A DNA stretch of 64,000 bases from Verrucomicrobiia bacterium. GTDB lineage: Bacteria > Verrucomicrobiota > Verrucomicrobiia > Limisphaerales > UBA1319. The translations under genes were made by a program, and so were the position numbers. Where the stretch lies: NCBI GenBank assembly GCA_963664225.1, contig OY760937.1, forward strand, positions 3,264,001 to 3,328,000. The letters run 5' to 3'. Below are positions 9,536-19,181 of this stretch, in pieces (position 1 is the first letter of the stretch; the number at the start of each line of letters is the position of its first letter). The notes below the pieces were generated by a model. The model had not been told where the DNA came from. It did not search any database and was given only the letters and a program-made list of their open reading frames with translations.

Positions 9536-11347
9536 ATGGCAGAGGATAAATTTATGAGCGAGACGTTCCGAAAAATGACCGCCGGCGAATTCACCCGGCG
9601 ACTGAAGAAAATGTGCGAACACCCCGACAGCCGGTTCGCCTTCTTTTTGGGCGCGGGCTGCTCGGTCTCCTCGGGGATTCCCGACGCCGCCCGGCTCGTC
9701 CGCCAGCACTGGCTGCCGCGCCTGCGCGACCTGCGGGATCCCGCCCGCAAGGATGTGGACAAATGGGCCGCGGAGAACTTCTCCGGTTACGAGCCTGGGA
9801 CTGCCGCCGCTTTTTACGGCGAGGTCATGGAGGAGCTTTTCCTGCTGCCCGAGGAACGCCAGCGCGAAATCGAACTCCTGTGCGACGCCCGTTTTCCCGG
9901 CTTCGGATACGCGGCCCTGGCCAGCCTCATGACCCAGTCCGACGGCCGGTTCAATGTGGCCCTGACCACCAATTTCGACGATCTGATGGCCGACGCCCTC
10001 TACCTGTTCACCAAGGTCCGTCCGCTGGTGGCCCCGCACGAGTCCCTGGGCAATTACCTGCGTCCCACCCGGACCCGTCCGCTCATTGTCAAACTGCACG
10101 GGGATCATCGCCTCGCCCCGCTCAACACCGTTCGTAGCACGGACGACATCCGCAAGGACGTCGAGAAACGCGTTCGCTCCGTCATTCGCGACCGGGGCCT
10201 GATTTTCATGGGCTACGGCGGCAATGACGAATCGATCGTCGAACTGCTCTCGGAATTCACCGAGGAGGCCCTGCCGCTGGGCGTTTATTGGTTTGGCTCG
10301 GAACCGCCGGCCGGGGCCTTGCGCACCTGGCTGGAAAGCCGCCAGGCCGTCTGGGTGGACCAGGCCGATTTCGACGAGTCCATGCTCCTGTTGCGCGACA
10401 TCTTTGCCACGCCGCATCCCGAGAGCAAACGGTTCGACCACGTTTTTGCCAAATACACCTCCACCTACCAGGCCCTGACCTCGCGCGTGGGGCAGAAGGC
10501 CGGCAACGCGCCCGATGCCGCCGCCCTCAAGGAAGCCGTCAAACGCACCGACGGGTCGTTCCCGGACTGGTGGTCCGTCGAGCTGGAAACCGAGCGCCTC
10601 AAGCAGAACGATCCGCTCAAGGCGGACGCCGTTTACGCCAAAGGTATCGAGCAATTCCCCAACTCGAGCGAGTTGCTCGGCAGCTACGCCAATTTCCTGC
10701 GCGACGTGCGCAAGGACAATGTGCGCGCCGAGGACTTGTATCAGCGTGCGCTCACCCTGGACGCCAACAATGTCGAACTGCTCCAGAATTATGCCTTCTT
10801 CCTGGCCCGCATCCGCAAGGATTTCGACAAGGCCGAGGAGTTCTACAGCCACGCGCTGAGTCTGGAACCCAACAACGCCCGCCTCCTGGCCACCTTCGCC
10901 AGTTTCCTCGCGAAGATGCGCAAGGATCCCAAGCGCGCCGAGGAAGCCTATCGCCGCGCCCTGGCCATGGACGAGGCCGATCCTTATCTGCTGGCCAGCT
11001 ACGCGGGCTTCCTCCTGGCCCAGGGCCGCGACGAGGATGGCATGGCCGTGCTCGCACGGTTGATGCCCCAATCCGGCGCTGAGGAAACCCCCAATCTCAC
11101 CCTCGAGACCGGATTCTACTTGCTGGCGCATGGCCCTGCCGAAGGCCGCACCCATACGATTGCGCAACTTAAAAAGGCCCTCAAGGCCGGTCGCCGCCGT
11201 CCCGGCCTGATCCTCGCGCCCAATATCGTCAAAGCCCGCCAGAGCGGTCATCCGGATTCGACCTGGCTTGAGAAGCTCGCCTCCGTCATCACCGACGAGG
11301 CCAATATCAGCGTCCTGGACGATTGGGCCGCCTGGAAATCGGCATAG
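9536..11347 (+). CDS. SIR2-like NADase domain + C-terminal TPR repeats (candidate defence effector)
   Basis: FFLGAGCSVSSGIP, TTNFDDL, KLHGD, FMGYGGND; about four TPR-like units (e.g. AEDLYQRALTLDANN, AEEFYSHALSLEPNN). Confidence 0.88.
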   Translation: MAEDKFMSETFRKMTAGEFTRRLKKMCEHPDSRFAFFLGAGCSVSSGIPDAARLVRQHWLPRLRDLRDPARKDVDKWAAENFSGYEPGTAAAFYGEVMEELFLLPEERQREIELLCDARFPGFGYAALASLMTQSDGRFNVALTTNFDDLMADALYLFTKVRPLVAPHESLGNYLRPTRTRPLIVKLHGDHRLAPLNTVRSTDDIRKDVEKRVRSVIRDRGLIFMGYGGNDESIVELLSEFTEEALPLGVYWFGSEPPAGALRTWLESRQAVWVDQADFDESMLLLRDIFATPHPESKRFDHVFAKYTSTYQALTSRVGQKAGNAPDAAALKEAVKRTDGSFPDWWSVELETERLKQNDPLKADAVYAKGIEQFPNSSELLGSYANFLRDVRKDNVRAEDLYQRALTLDANNVELLQNYAFFLARIRKDFDKAEEFYSHALSLEPNNARLLATFASFLAKMRKDPKRAEEAYRRALAMDEADPYLLASYAGFLLAQGRDEDGMAVLARLMPQSGAEETPNLTLETGFYLLAHGPAEGRTHTIAQLKKALKAGRRRPGLILAPNIVKARQSGHPDSTWLEKLASVITDEANISVLDDWAAWKSA

Positions 11348-11368
11348 CCCCGGATTTTTTCAGACACG

Positions 11369-11430
11369 AAAAAAGGCGCGTTCGGAAGAACGCGCCTTTT
11401 TTATTACGTTGCAGGCGGTCAGGCCGCCCG
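11369..11430. terminator. Bidirectional terminator, copy 1 of a direct repeat
   Basis: A6-ggcgcgttc-ggaa-gaacgcgcc-T6; 11388-11430 is identical to 12450-12492. Confidence 0.85.
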
Positions 11431-11454
11431 CAGGAGATCAGGAAGAAGTTTTGG

Positions 11455-11598
11455 TTACTTGCCAGATTCAAGCCAAAGCCTGATTATCCAGGCAACAAGA
11501 AGAATAACAATCATCGCACCGATGAGTATCGCCCATTTTGATGTTCGCTCGTTAAAACGATGAAATTCTTTCGGGTTATGGATAATGGGCGCGGACAT
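11455..11598 (-). CDS. 47-aa single-TM protein (below the ORF-track cutoff)
   Basis: Hand translation MSAPIIHNPKEFHRFNERTSKWAILIGAMIVILLVAWIIRLWLESGK; ends just before terminator copy 1. Confidence 0.55.
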   Translation of the reverse strand: MSAPIIHNPKEFHRFNERTSKWAILIGAMIVILLVAWIIRLWLESGK

Positions 11599-11725
11599 AG
11601 TTTCAAGGTGTCGAATCCATCTCAAGACATGGATTAAGCTAAACCAGGGAATTTAAGGCGTAAATTGATTATTCACATACCACCAGACGCGCGAACGATT
11701 GGGCGGAGAAGGAGCGATCAAATGC

Positions 11726-11833
11726 CTCGAATCAACGGGTGCAGCGAACGGGAGACAGCTTGTTGTGCATAAAACAAGGTATGCTATTTTAAGCCGTCTG
11801 CCCTTTCTGTTGCGCTGAACTTAAAGGTGAGTG
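11726..11833 (+). other. Decayed attC-like site
   Basis: ctcgaat-5nt-ggtgcagc ... gctgaac-6nt-gtgagtg with inner stem gggagacagc/gccgtctgccc; AAC and GTT cores both mutated. Confidence 0.4.
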
Positions 11834-11957
11834 CTTCGGCGATAGTCCTTGATAAATAACCACATCTCTGGTTTCATATCAGCATGGCAGAAGGACAGGT
11901 CACCGGTTCTTCCTGTGCATGGACTCACGCATTATTACGATGATCAGCTGATTACGC

Positions 11958-12386
11958 ATGAGAATTCGATCCTATAAATGGATTTCAGTTTTCCTTCTAG
12001 CCCTCGTAATTGTGAGCGGAATCGGTTTTGTGGTTGTTATTAGAGGCTACTTCGAACTTACGCTGGAACTTGGGGCAGTACGAGGCGAATGCGAGCTTAT
12101 TGAGTCATTGTGGGTTCCTTCCAAGCTTTCAGATCCACATGCTGCGGCCGAAGCATTGCTACGGCTGAAGGAATATCACCAATCCATTTCGCCGAAGCAG
12201 GGTTCAAATGCCGATAAAATACTTAAACTTCACAAACGATCCGTCGAGCGTGAAATCATCCAGTTTCTTAGAAACAAGACCGGTCAAGACCTTGGTGATG
12301 AGCCAGATAAATGGATCAAGAATTACGCCACCTTGGGGGCGAACCCAACAGGTCAAGCACACCGGAGCCTTCCTGTTGGCCATTAA
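11958..12386 (+). CDS. Hypothetical membrane-anchored protein (cassette-like, AT-richer)
   Basis: 142 aa, N-terminal TM helix, atypical codon usage. Confidence 0.7.
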   Translation: MRIRSYKWISVFLLALVIVSGIGFVVVIRGYFELTLELGAVRGECELIESLWVPSKLSDPHAAAEALLRLKEYHQSISPKQGSNADKILKLHKRSVEREIIQFLRNKTGQDLGDEPDKWIKNYATLGANPTGQAHRSLPVGH

Positions 12387-12429
12387 ACACCCAAACACAT
12401 GATGGGGAAAGGGAAGTTGGTTTTTGGAC

Positions 12430-12492
12430 AAAAAAAGGCGCGCTCTTTCGAACGCGCCTTTTTTATTACGTTGCAGGCGGTCAGGCCGCCCG
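12430..12492. terminator. Terminator downstream of rng, copy 2 of the direct repeat
   Basis: A7-ggcgcgctc-tttc-gaacgcgcc-T6. Confidence 0.85.
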
Positions 12493-12499
12493 GGAAACA

Positions 12500-14464
12500 T
12501 CAGGAATGCACGTTGGCCAATTCCTCGTTGGTCACGACGTTGACGATCTTGAATTGCTCGACGTGGAGGGTGGGTTCCGCGCGGAATGAGAGTTTCCCAT
12601 AGAATTTCTTCTCCAGGGCGATGAACAATTGTTCATCCTCACCACGCAACCGTTCCAGCACCGCGCTGTTGACCACGATGCGCAACTGGAAGTCCGACTC
12701 GTCGCGCTGGCGCTTCTTGAGGATTTCAGAAAGCTTGCGCTGGATTTCCACACTCATGGTGACGGGGCTCTTCACCTTCGCCCGGCCCTTGCAATACGGG
12801 CAGTCGTCATAGCTCGAGGCGCGGACGCTCTCGGAATGGCGCTGGCGGGTCATCTCCATGAGGCCGAGCTGGGAGATGGGCAGGATGTGGGTCTTGGCCT
12901 TGTCCCGCTTGAGCCCGTCCTTGACCTTCTGATAAACCGCCTGCTGATCCCGGCGCGACTTCATGTCGATGAAATCAAGCACCACCAGTCCGCCGATGTT
13001 GCGCAGGCGCAGTTGGCGGCAGATTTCCTCGGCGGCCTCGATGTTGACCTTGAGGATCGTCGATTCCTGATCCTTGTTGCCCTTGTGGCTGCCGGTGTTG
13101 ACGTCGATGGCCACGAGCGCCTCGGTTTCGTCGATCACGATGTAGCCGCCGCTCTTGAGATGAACCTGGCGGGCGAAGGCGTTGTCGAGCTGGCGGCTGA
13201 TGTTGAACCGGTCGAACACCGGCTGCGATTCGTTGTAGAGCTTGATCTTGAATGCGGACCGCTTGGAAATCCGGTCCGTGGTCTCGCGCATCCGGTTGTA
13301 TTGCTCCTGGGAATCGATGATCACGCGCTCGACGTCCTCGGTGAGAAAGTCACGCACAGCCCGTTCGATCAGGTCCGGCTCCTGGAACACGCAGGACGGG
13401 ATTTTCTTGTTCGTGATGTTGTCCTGGATGCGATTCCACTCCTCGAGCAACAGCGCGAGGTCGCGGACAAAATAGCGCGCCTGCTGGTCTTCGCCCGCGG
13501 TGCGGATGATGACCCCCATGCCGTCCGGGATGGCGAGGCCGCGGAGGATTTTTTTCAAACGCTGGCGCTCCTCCTGCTGGTCGATCTTACGGGAAATGCC
13601 GCTCTGATCGGAGTTGGGCAGCAACACCAGAAAACGTCCCGGCAGGGCCAGGTTGGTGGTGACGCGGGGGCCCTTGGTGCCGATCGGCCCCTTGGTCACC
13701 TGGACGACGATTTCGCTGCCCGGCGGGTAGATGCGGGGAATGTCCCGCTGTGTGATGCGGGGTTTGTCGCGTTTGCGGTTCTCGCGCTCCACGATTTCCA
13801 CGGTGCTGTCGAAATTATTGGGGACGATGTCCCAGTAGTGCAGAAAGGCGTTTTTCTCAAAACCGATATCCACAAACGCGGCCTTGAGGCCATCCTCGAG
13901 ATTGCGGACCTTGCCCTTGTAAATGCTGCCCACCAGGCGATCCTCGCCCGTGCGCTCCACGGTGTATTCCTCGAGCCGTCCATCCTCGAGCACCGCCACG
14001 CGGGTCTCCAGGGATTCGGTGTTGATGATGATCTCCTTGTGCAGCTTTTTCTTGGGATGAATCAGCCGCTGGACCTTCTGGATCACCTTGCTGGCCGCGG
14101 CCCGCAGGGTATCGACAAAGCTTTGGGGCGCGGCATCCGCCACGGGCACCGGCTCGTAGGAGGCTTCCATCCTGACTTCCGCAGGCGGCTCCTGCCGGGT
14201 CTGGCGGTATTCGCGCCGGGTGCGCGTGGGGGCCTGCTCCGCGGGTGTCTCGGGAGGCAATCCGGCGGCCGTGTTTTCCGCACGTTCGATCTCGCGCGCA
14301 TGGCGGGCGTTGTCGAAAACCACCACTTCAGCGGCTTTGCCGCCCACGGCCTCGGCCCGGGCTTCGACTGAGGCGCGCTCCGGAGGCAGGTTCGGAGTCA
14401 GGCCTCCGGTGGGACGGAATCTCATGGTGTTGCGACGTCGTTTAGAAAAAGTTCTTTCGCTCAT
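12500..14464 (-). CDS. rng: Rne/Rng family ribonuclease
   Basis: S1 domain (GSIYKGKV, AAFVDIG), VAIDVNTG, LDFIDM, CPYCKG. Confidence 0.95.
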   Translation of the reverse strand: MSERTFSKRRRNTMRFRPTGGLTPNLPPERASVEARAEAVGGKAAEVVVFDNARHAREIERAENTAAGLPPETPAEQAPTRTRREYRQTRQEPPAEVRMEASYEPVPVADAAPQSFVDTLRAAASKVIQKVQRLIHPKKKLHKEIIINTESLETRVAVLEDGRLEEYTVERTGEDRLVGSIYKGKVRNLEDGLKAAFVDIGFEKNAFLHYWDIVPNNFDSTVEIVERENRKRDKPRITQRDIPRIYPPGSEIVVQVTKGPIGTKGPRVTTNLALPGRFLVLLPNSDQSGISRKIDQQEERQRLKKILRGLAIPDGMGVIIRTAGEDQQARYFVRDLALLLEEWNRIQDNITNKKIPSCVFQEPDLIERAVRDFLTEDVERVIIDSQEQYNRMRETTDRISKRSAFKIKLYNESQPVFDRFNISRQLDNAFARQVHLKSGGYIVIDETEALVAIDVNTGSHKGNKDQESTILKVNIEAAEEICRQLRLRNIGGLVVLDFIDMKSRRDQQAVYQKVKDGLKRDKAKTHILPISQLGLMEMTRQRHSESVRASSYDDCPYCKGRAKVKSPVTMSVEIQRKLSEILKKRQRDESDFQLRIVVNSAVLERLRGEDEQLFIALEKKFYGKLSFRAEPTLHVEQFKIVNVVTNEELANVHS

Positions 14465-14465
14465 G

Positions 14466-15674
14466 TTAATAGGCTTTCCGATAATAATAGATGTTTTGCA
14501 GCATGCCGGCGGCGATCAACGAGCATAACACCGAGGATCCGCCATAGCTGAGCAGCGGCAGTGGTATTCCCGTCACGGGCATAATGCGTATGTTCATGCC
14601 GATATTAATAAAGACATGGCTCAGGAATAGTGTCACCACTCCCACGGCCAATAGTTTCCCCAGGCGATCGCGCGCCTGGCCGGCGGTTCTCAGTCCGGCA
14701 AATAGAACCACGGTGTACAGCGCGATCACGACCACGCTGCCCACAAATCCTTTCTCCTCGGCAATGACGGAGAAAATGAAATCGTTGTGCGCCACTCCCC
14801 GTGGCAAAAAACCCAGGCGGATCTGGTCGCCCTTGCACCAGCCCTTGCCAAAAAATCCTCCGGATCCCACGGATATGAGCGCCTGGCGCACATTATAGGA
14901 ATCGTTGAATTGCTGGATGCGCGCCAGACGCCGGACCTCGGGGCTGGCGTCCGCCGGGGCGTATTCCTGCCCAAAATAAACGAGCAGGCGGCGCTTCTGG
15001 TAATTCTCCAGCTTGATCTGCCAGCCCACCGGCGCATACAGGATGTCCACCAGGATCAACCCCACCAGCAGCGCCGAGCCGCCGATGAACCGCCGCAGGA
15101 AACGCACGGGCACCCCGGCCACATACATCATGATCATGCCCACCGGCAGCAGCACCAGCGCGGAACCCAGGTCCGGCTCCTTGAGGATGAGCACGAACGG
15201 CAGCAGGGTCAGACCCAGGCCCTTCCAGAAAACCCCCGACTGCCGCAATTCCTCCACAGGTCGGCTCAGGAAATGGGCCTGTGCAAAGATGAAGGCCAGC
15301 TTGGCGAATTCCGATGGCTGGAACTGGAATAAGCCCATGTTGATCCATCGGCGCGCCCCCCATCGGATCGTCCCGATGCCCGGAATCAGGACCGCTATGA
15401 GAAGCAGAATCATGATCCAGTAGTAAACTAGCGCCCATCGCGCCCAGACCCGGTAATCCATGATGCAGAAGAAAAACGCCATCAATGTTCCCAGCCCGAA
15501 CCAGACGACCTGTTGAAAGGCCAGTTGCCGGTACCAGGGCACGTCGGAAAACGTGTCGCGCGCGCTGGTGGCACTGTAAATAAAGGTCACCCCCACCAGG
15601 AACAATCCCAGCAAGGCCAGACCCAGCGGCCAGTCCACCCGCGATTCGCGTTCGTTGAGGGTTCTCTCGTACAT
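14466..15674 (-). CDS. rodA: Rod shape-determining SEDS protein RodA
   Basis: GARRWI, QPSEFAK, EPDLG, HNDFIFSV, PLLSYGGSS; downstream of mrdA. Confidence 0.95.
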   Translation of the reverse strand: MYERTLNERESRVDWPLGLALLGLFLVGVTFIYSATSARDTFSDVPWYRQLAFQQVVWFGLGTLMAFFFCIMDYRVWARWALVYYWIMILLLIAVLIPGIGTIRWGARRWINMGLFQFQPSEFAKLAFIFAQAHFLSRPVEELRQSGVFWKGLGLTLLPFVLILKEPDLGSALVLLPVGMIMMYVAGVPVRFLRRFIGGSALLVGLILVDILYAPVGWQIKLENYQKRRLLVYFGQEYAPADASPEVRRLARIQQFNDSYNVRQALISVGSGGFFGKGWCKGDQIRLGFLPRGVAHNDFIFSVIAEEKGFVGSVVVIALYTVVLFAGLRTAGQARDRLGKLLAVGVVTLFLSHVFINIGMNIRIMPVTGIPLPLLSYGGSSVLCSLIAAGMLQNIYYYRKAY

Positions 15675-15700
15675 CGCTCAGGTGCTCATTCGACGCATGC

Positions 15701-17671
15701 TCATCGGGCGGCCTCCGGGAACGGTGACACCTGCGCCACGAGGCGTGGACCGGCGCTTCCCGTTGTCGCCTGGTCCTCGATCCGTTTGAGGGCCTGGTAA
15801 ATATTATGGGCCACCGGAGCGCAGGTGCCGCCGCCCGACCCGCCCCCTTCGGCCACCACGACCACCACGTAGCGCGGGGTTTCGTAGGGGGCATACGAGA
15901 CAAACCAGGTGTCCTTGCGCACGACCGCGCTGCCCCGGGTCACCTGCGCCGTGCCGGTCTTTCCGCACACGCGCATACCCGTCACAGCCGCCTCTTTTCC
16001 GGTGCCATCGCTGTCCTCCACATCCGCCAGCATCGCTTCACGTATCAGCTGCAAATTCCGGGGGCTCACATGCAGATCCCCGCGAATCTGGCCCGCCGGG
16101 GCCACCTTCACCGGGTTGCCCGACCGGGGCTCGATCCGCTGCACCAGGCGCGGCCAGAAAACCTTGCCCCCGTTGGCGATCGCGGCGGTCATCAAGGCCA
16201 TTTGCAGCGGGGTCACCGTGATATAGCCCTGTCCGATGCTCAGGTTGGCAACGTCTCCCTGTGTTATCGGACTGCCCTGGTCAGCCTGTTTGGCCGCCCA
16301 ATCGGGCGTTGGGAAAAAGCCGCTCACTTCCTGCATCAGGGGAACCTGCGCCTTCTGGCCAAGGAAAAAGCGGCGCCCCATCTCCATGATATTCGTCAGC
16401 CCGACGTCCAATCCGTGAAAGATAAAATAGGAGTTGCTCGACAATTTGAACGCGCGCCTGAAATCGTAATCTCCCGCCGGCGCGGTATCGCGGATATTCT
16501 TCCGGCCCAATGAAAAATAACCTTTGCTGTGATAAACCTCCGCCGGATCCAGATCCCCGGCCTCCAGGCAGGCGAGCGCCACGATGATCTTGAAAATGGA
16601 TCCCGGCGCGTAGGAGCCAAAGGTGGCCCGGTTGAGCATCGGCTTGCCTTCGGGATCGCTCAATTCCTCCCATTGTTTGGCGCTCATTCGCGGAATGAAG
16701 GAATTGGGATCGAACGTCGGCGCGGAGGCCACGGCGATGAGGTCTCCATTGCGCGCGTCCAGCACTACGGCCGCTCCCTTCCCAGCGGCGGTCATTCCAC
16801 GCAGGGCCTGCTCGGTCGCGCGCTGCACCCGCGCGTCGATGGTCAGTACGACGTTGTTGCCCGGAACGGCAGGCGTCAAAATATTCTCGCTCTGCCGGTA
16901 ACCCTTGTTATTGATCACCACCGCCTTGACGCCCGCGCGCCCGCCCAGGTCCTCCTCGAATGCCCCTTCGATGCCCACCCGGCCTTCGTAATCAGGCAGG
17001 CCCGGCAGGCAATTGGCGGAGAATTCGTCGTCGTCGTCCGCGGTGGTTTTTTCCACGCGCTGCAACTGGCCCAGGAGATGGGCCGCCAGATTGCCGTTGG
17101 TATAGACGCGCAAGGGCTGAATATCCAGGTTCAGGCCCGGCGGTTTGTAGGGGCTTTCCTGGAAGATGGCGATGTGCTGCGGCGAGAGATTCTCGAGAAT
17201 GGGCAGCGGCAGGACCAGCCGGTTGGTGTAGTGCCCCAAAAACCGGTCTTCATCCAGGATCAACGGCTGATGAAACATCTCGCCCACCTCGAACACGGCG
17301 TTGCTGACCACTTGATAACGGGTGCGCCGACCCAGCGCGTCCAGCTCGGTCCGGCTGAGTTTGCGGCCCTCGCGCGCTTTTGCAAAGGCCTCCTGAAACT
17401 GGTTTGAGAACTCCTCGAGATAGAGGTTTACGTTGTAACTGGGCTGGTTCTCCGCCAGCGCCGTGCCATTGCGGTCCAGGATATTTCCGCGCAATGCCGG
17501 ATAACGCACCCGCCGCGAAGACTGGTTCTTCTGACTCCGCTCGTACTCCTTGCTCGACACCACCTGCAAATACCACAAGCCCGCCAGCAGGATGCCCATG
17601 GCCACCGACACCATCAGGGTCAAAACCCAGACGGGCCGGTCGTTTCTTTTCAGTTGGTCAAAAACCAGCAT
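15701..17671 (-). CDS. mrdA: Penicillin-binding protein 2
   Basis: RGNILDRNG, SIFK, SSN and KTGT motifs. Confidence 0.95.
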   Translation of the reverse strand: MLVFDQLKRNDRPVWVLTLMVSVAMGILLAGLWYLQVVSSKEYERSQKNQSSRRVRYPALRGNILDRNGTALAENQPSYNVNLYLEEFSNQFQEAFAKAREGRKLSRTELDALGRRTRYQVVSNAVFEVGEMFHQPLILDEDRFLGHYTNRLVLPLPILENLSPQHIAIFQESPYKPPGLNLDIQPLRVYTNGNLAAHLLGQLQRVEKTTADDDDEFSANCLPGLPDYEGRVGIEGAFEEDLGGRAGVKAVVINNKGYRQSENILTPAVPGNNVVLTIDARVQRATEQALRGMTAAGKGAAVVLDARNGDLIAVASAPTFDPNSFIPRMSAKQWEELSDPEGKPMLNRATFGSYAPGSIFKIIVALACLEAGDLDPAEVYHSKGYFSLGRKNIRDTAPAGDYDFRRAFKLSSNSYFIFHGLDVGLTNIMEMGRRFFLGQKAQVPLMQEVSGFFPTPDWAAKQADQGSPITQGDVANLSIGQGYITVTPLQMALMTAAIANGGKVFWPRLVQRIEPRSGNPVKVAPAGQIRGDLHVSPRNLQLIREAMLADVEDSDGTGKEAAVTGMRVCGKTGTAQVTRGSAVVRKDTWFVSYAPYETPRYVVVVVAEGGGSGGGTCAPVAHNIYQALKRIEDQATTGSAGPRLVAQVSPFPEAAR

Positions 17672-17676
17672 GGCTC

Positions 17677-18324
17677 TCAGGTGCGTCCGCGCACAATCTC
17701 GCGGTCTTTGCGAAAGGTCGATTCCGTGACCACGGCGTAATTAAACATAATCCCCAGTCGGTCGAACAAACCGAACACCACCGGCCCGGCCAGTGCCCCC
17801 CCAAACGCCATCACCAGCAGGGTCCACCAGGAACCCCAACCGGCCAGCGGCCCCAGGTCCCGCAGGCCCGGTGCGATGGGATTCAATTCGATCGGTTGGG
17901 CCAGATCGGGATTGCCTTCAGCCCAAAGCGTGGAGACTTCGGGGCGATTCAGATTCAGCGTTGAAAGCAGGAACAGGCCGATCAGGGCCGCGCCCAGACA
18001 GGCCGCGCCGCTGATGATGAACTGGGCCACCCATTGATCGCGCAACACCAGTTCCCGGAAATGATAGGCCGCAAATCCCACCAGCCAGAGCGGCAGAATA
18101 CTCGCCCCCAATGGATTGCGGGAAAGGGTGTCGAAGACCAGCCCGCCGGCAATGGAAAGAATGGCCAGGGTCTTCAGGTTCAAGCGCAGCGCCGCATAAA
18201 TCGCCAGCACGGGCAGCAAATCCACCTGCACTCCCAGCCAGCGGCGCGGGACATTGATCACGGATTCCAAAAAAACCACCACAATGGCGGCCAGCACGAG
18301 CAATGCGGTGTTGGTCCAGTTCAT
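17677..18324 (-). CDS. mreD: Rod shape-determining protein MreD
   Basis: Hydrophobic, GGLVFD motif, position after mreC with ATGA overlap. Confidence 0.85.
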   Translation of the reverse strand: MNWTNTALLVLAAIVVVFLESVINVPRRWLGVQVDLLPVLAIYAALRLNLKTLAILSIAGGLVFDTLSRNPLGASILPLWLVGFAAYHFRELVLRDQWVAQFIISGAACLGAALIGLFLLSTLNLNRPEVSTLWAEGNPDLAQPIELNPIAPGLRDLGPLAGWGSWWTLLVMAFGGALAGPVVFGLFDRLGIMFNYAVVTESTFRKDREIVRGRT

Positions 18325-19142
18325 GGAAGCAGCACCCACACTTCCTCCAGCGAATTGAAATTCACCGCCAGCTTCACCCGCGCCTCGGCATACAGGCCAA
18401 ATTCGACCATGCGGTAATCGAGGATTTTCCCAATGACGATGCCCGGAGGAAACACGCCGCCCTGGCCGCTGGTCAGGACCGACTGTCCGGGTTTAAGAGC
18501 GCTGTTGCGGGATAAAAAGGTTAAATCGACGATGCTGTTATCCGTCGGATCCGCCGGATTTGGAACGATCACGCCGGTATTATCCCGGGATTCGAGGATT
18601 CGCGCCGCCACGCGGCAGGAGGGATCCCCCGCCAGCACCACCTGGGAATGCGCCGAACCGACCTCCGAAATCCGGCCCACCAGTCCATCCGGGCAGAGAA
18701 CGGTCAGGTTGGGCCGCATTCCGTCCTTGAGACCCGCGTCGATCTGGACCGCGCGCCACCAATTGGCCGGATCGCGTCCCACGACACGGGCGAATTTGAC
18801 CTTCCATGCCGTCGGTTTTGGAGCGCCCAGAAATTCGCGCAACCGGGTGTTTTCGCGAAGCAATTCCTCCCCCTGTGCCGCCAGAATGCGCAATCGCTGG
18901 TTTTCCTGGCGCAATTCCGCCGTCTCGGCCAAAAGGGTGCTGCGGGAAACGGCGGCGTCCGCCGTTTTTTGGGTTAGGTTATGGGAGACGCCGGCCAGAC
19001 CGAAGAGGGGCAGAAAAATGCCGCCCAAAGTCACCTTCAGTCGCGCAGTCGCCCTGCCGGGCAGGCTGGCCATTGCCAGCGCCATCAGCAAAACGACAAT
19101 TGTTATTATAAAAGACGGCCGTTTCAACATCGCCTCACCCAT
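18321..19142 (-). CDS. mreC: Rod shape-determining protein MreC
   Basis: TM + coiled coil (ENTRLR), GLVGRI, TSGQGGVFPPG. Confidence 0.93.
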   Translation of the reverse strand: MGEAMLKRPSFIITIVVLLMALAMASLPGRATARLKVTLGGIFLPLFGLAGVSHNLTQKTADAAVSRSTLLAETAELRQENQRLRILAAQGEELLRENTRLREFLGAPKPTAWKVKFARVVGRDPANWWRAVQIDAGLKDGMRPNLTVLCPDGLVGRISEVGSAHSQVVLAGDPSCRVAARILESRDNTGVIVPNPADPTDNSIVDLTFLSRNSALKPGQSVLTSGQGGVFPPGIVIGKILDYRMVEFGLYAEARVKLAVNFNSLEEVWVLLP

Positions 19143-19181
19143 GCGTCATGGGGGTGAACGCGAGAAGAAATCAAAGACGGA

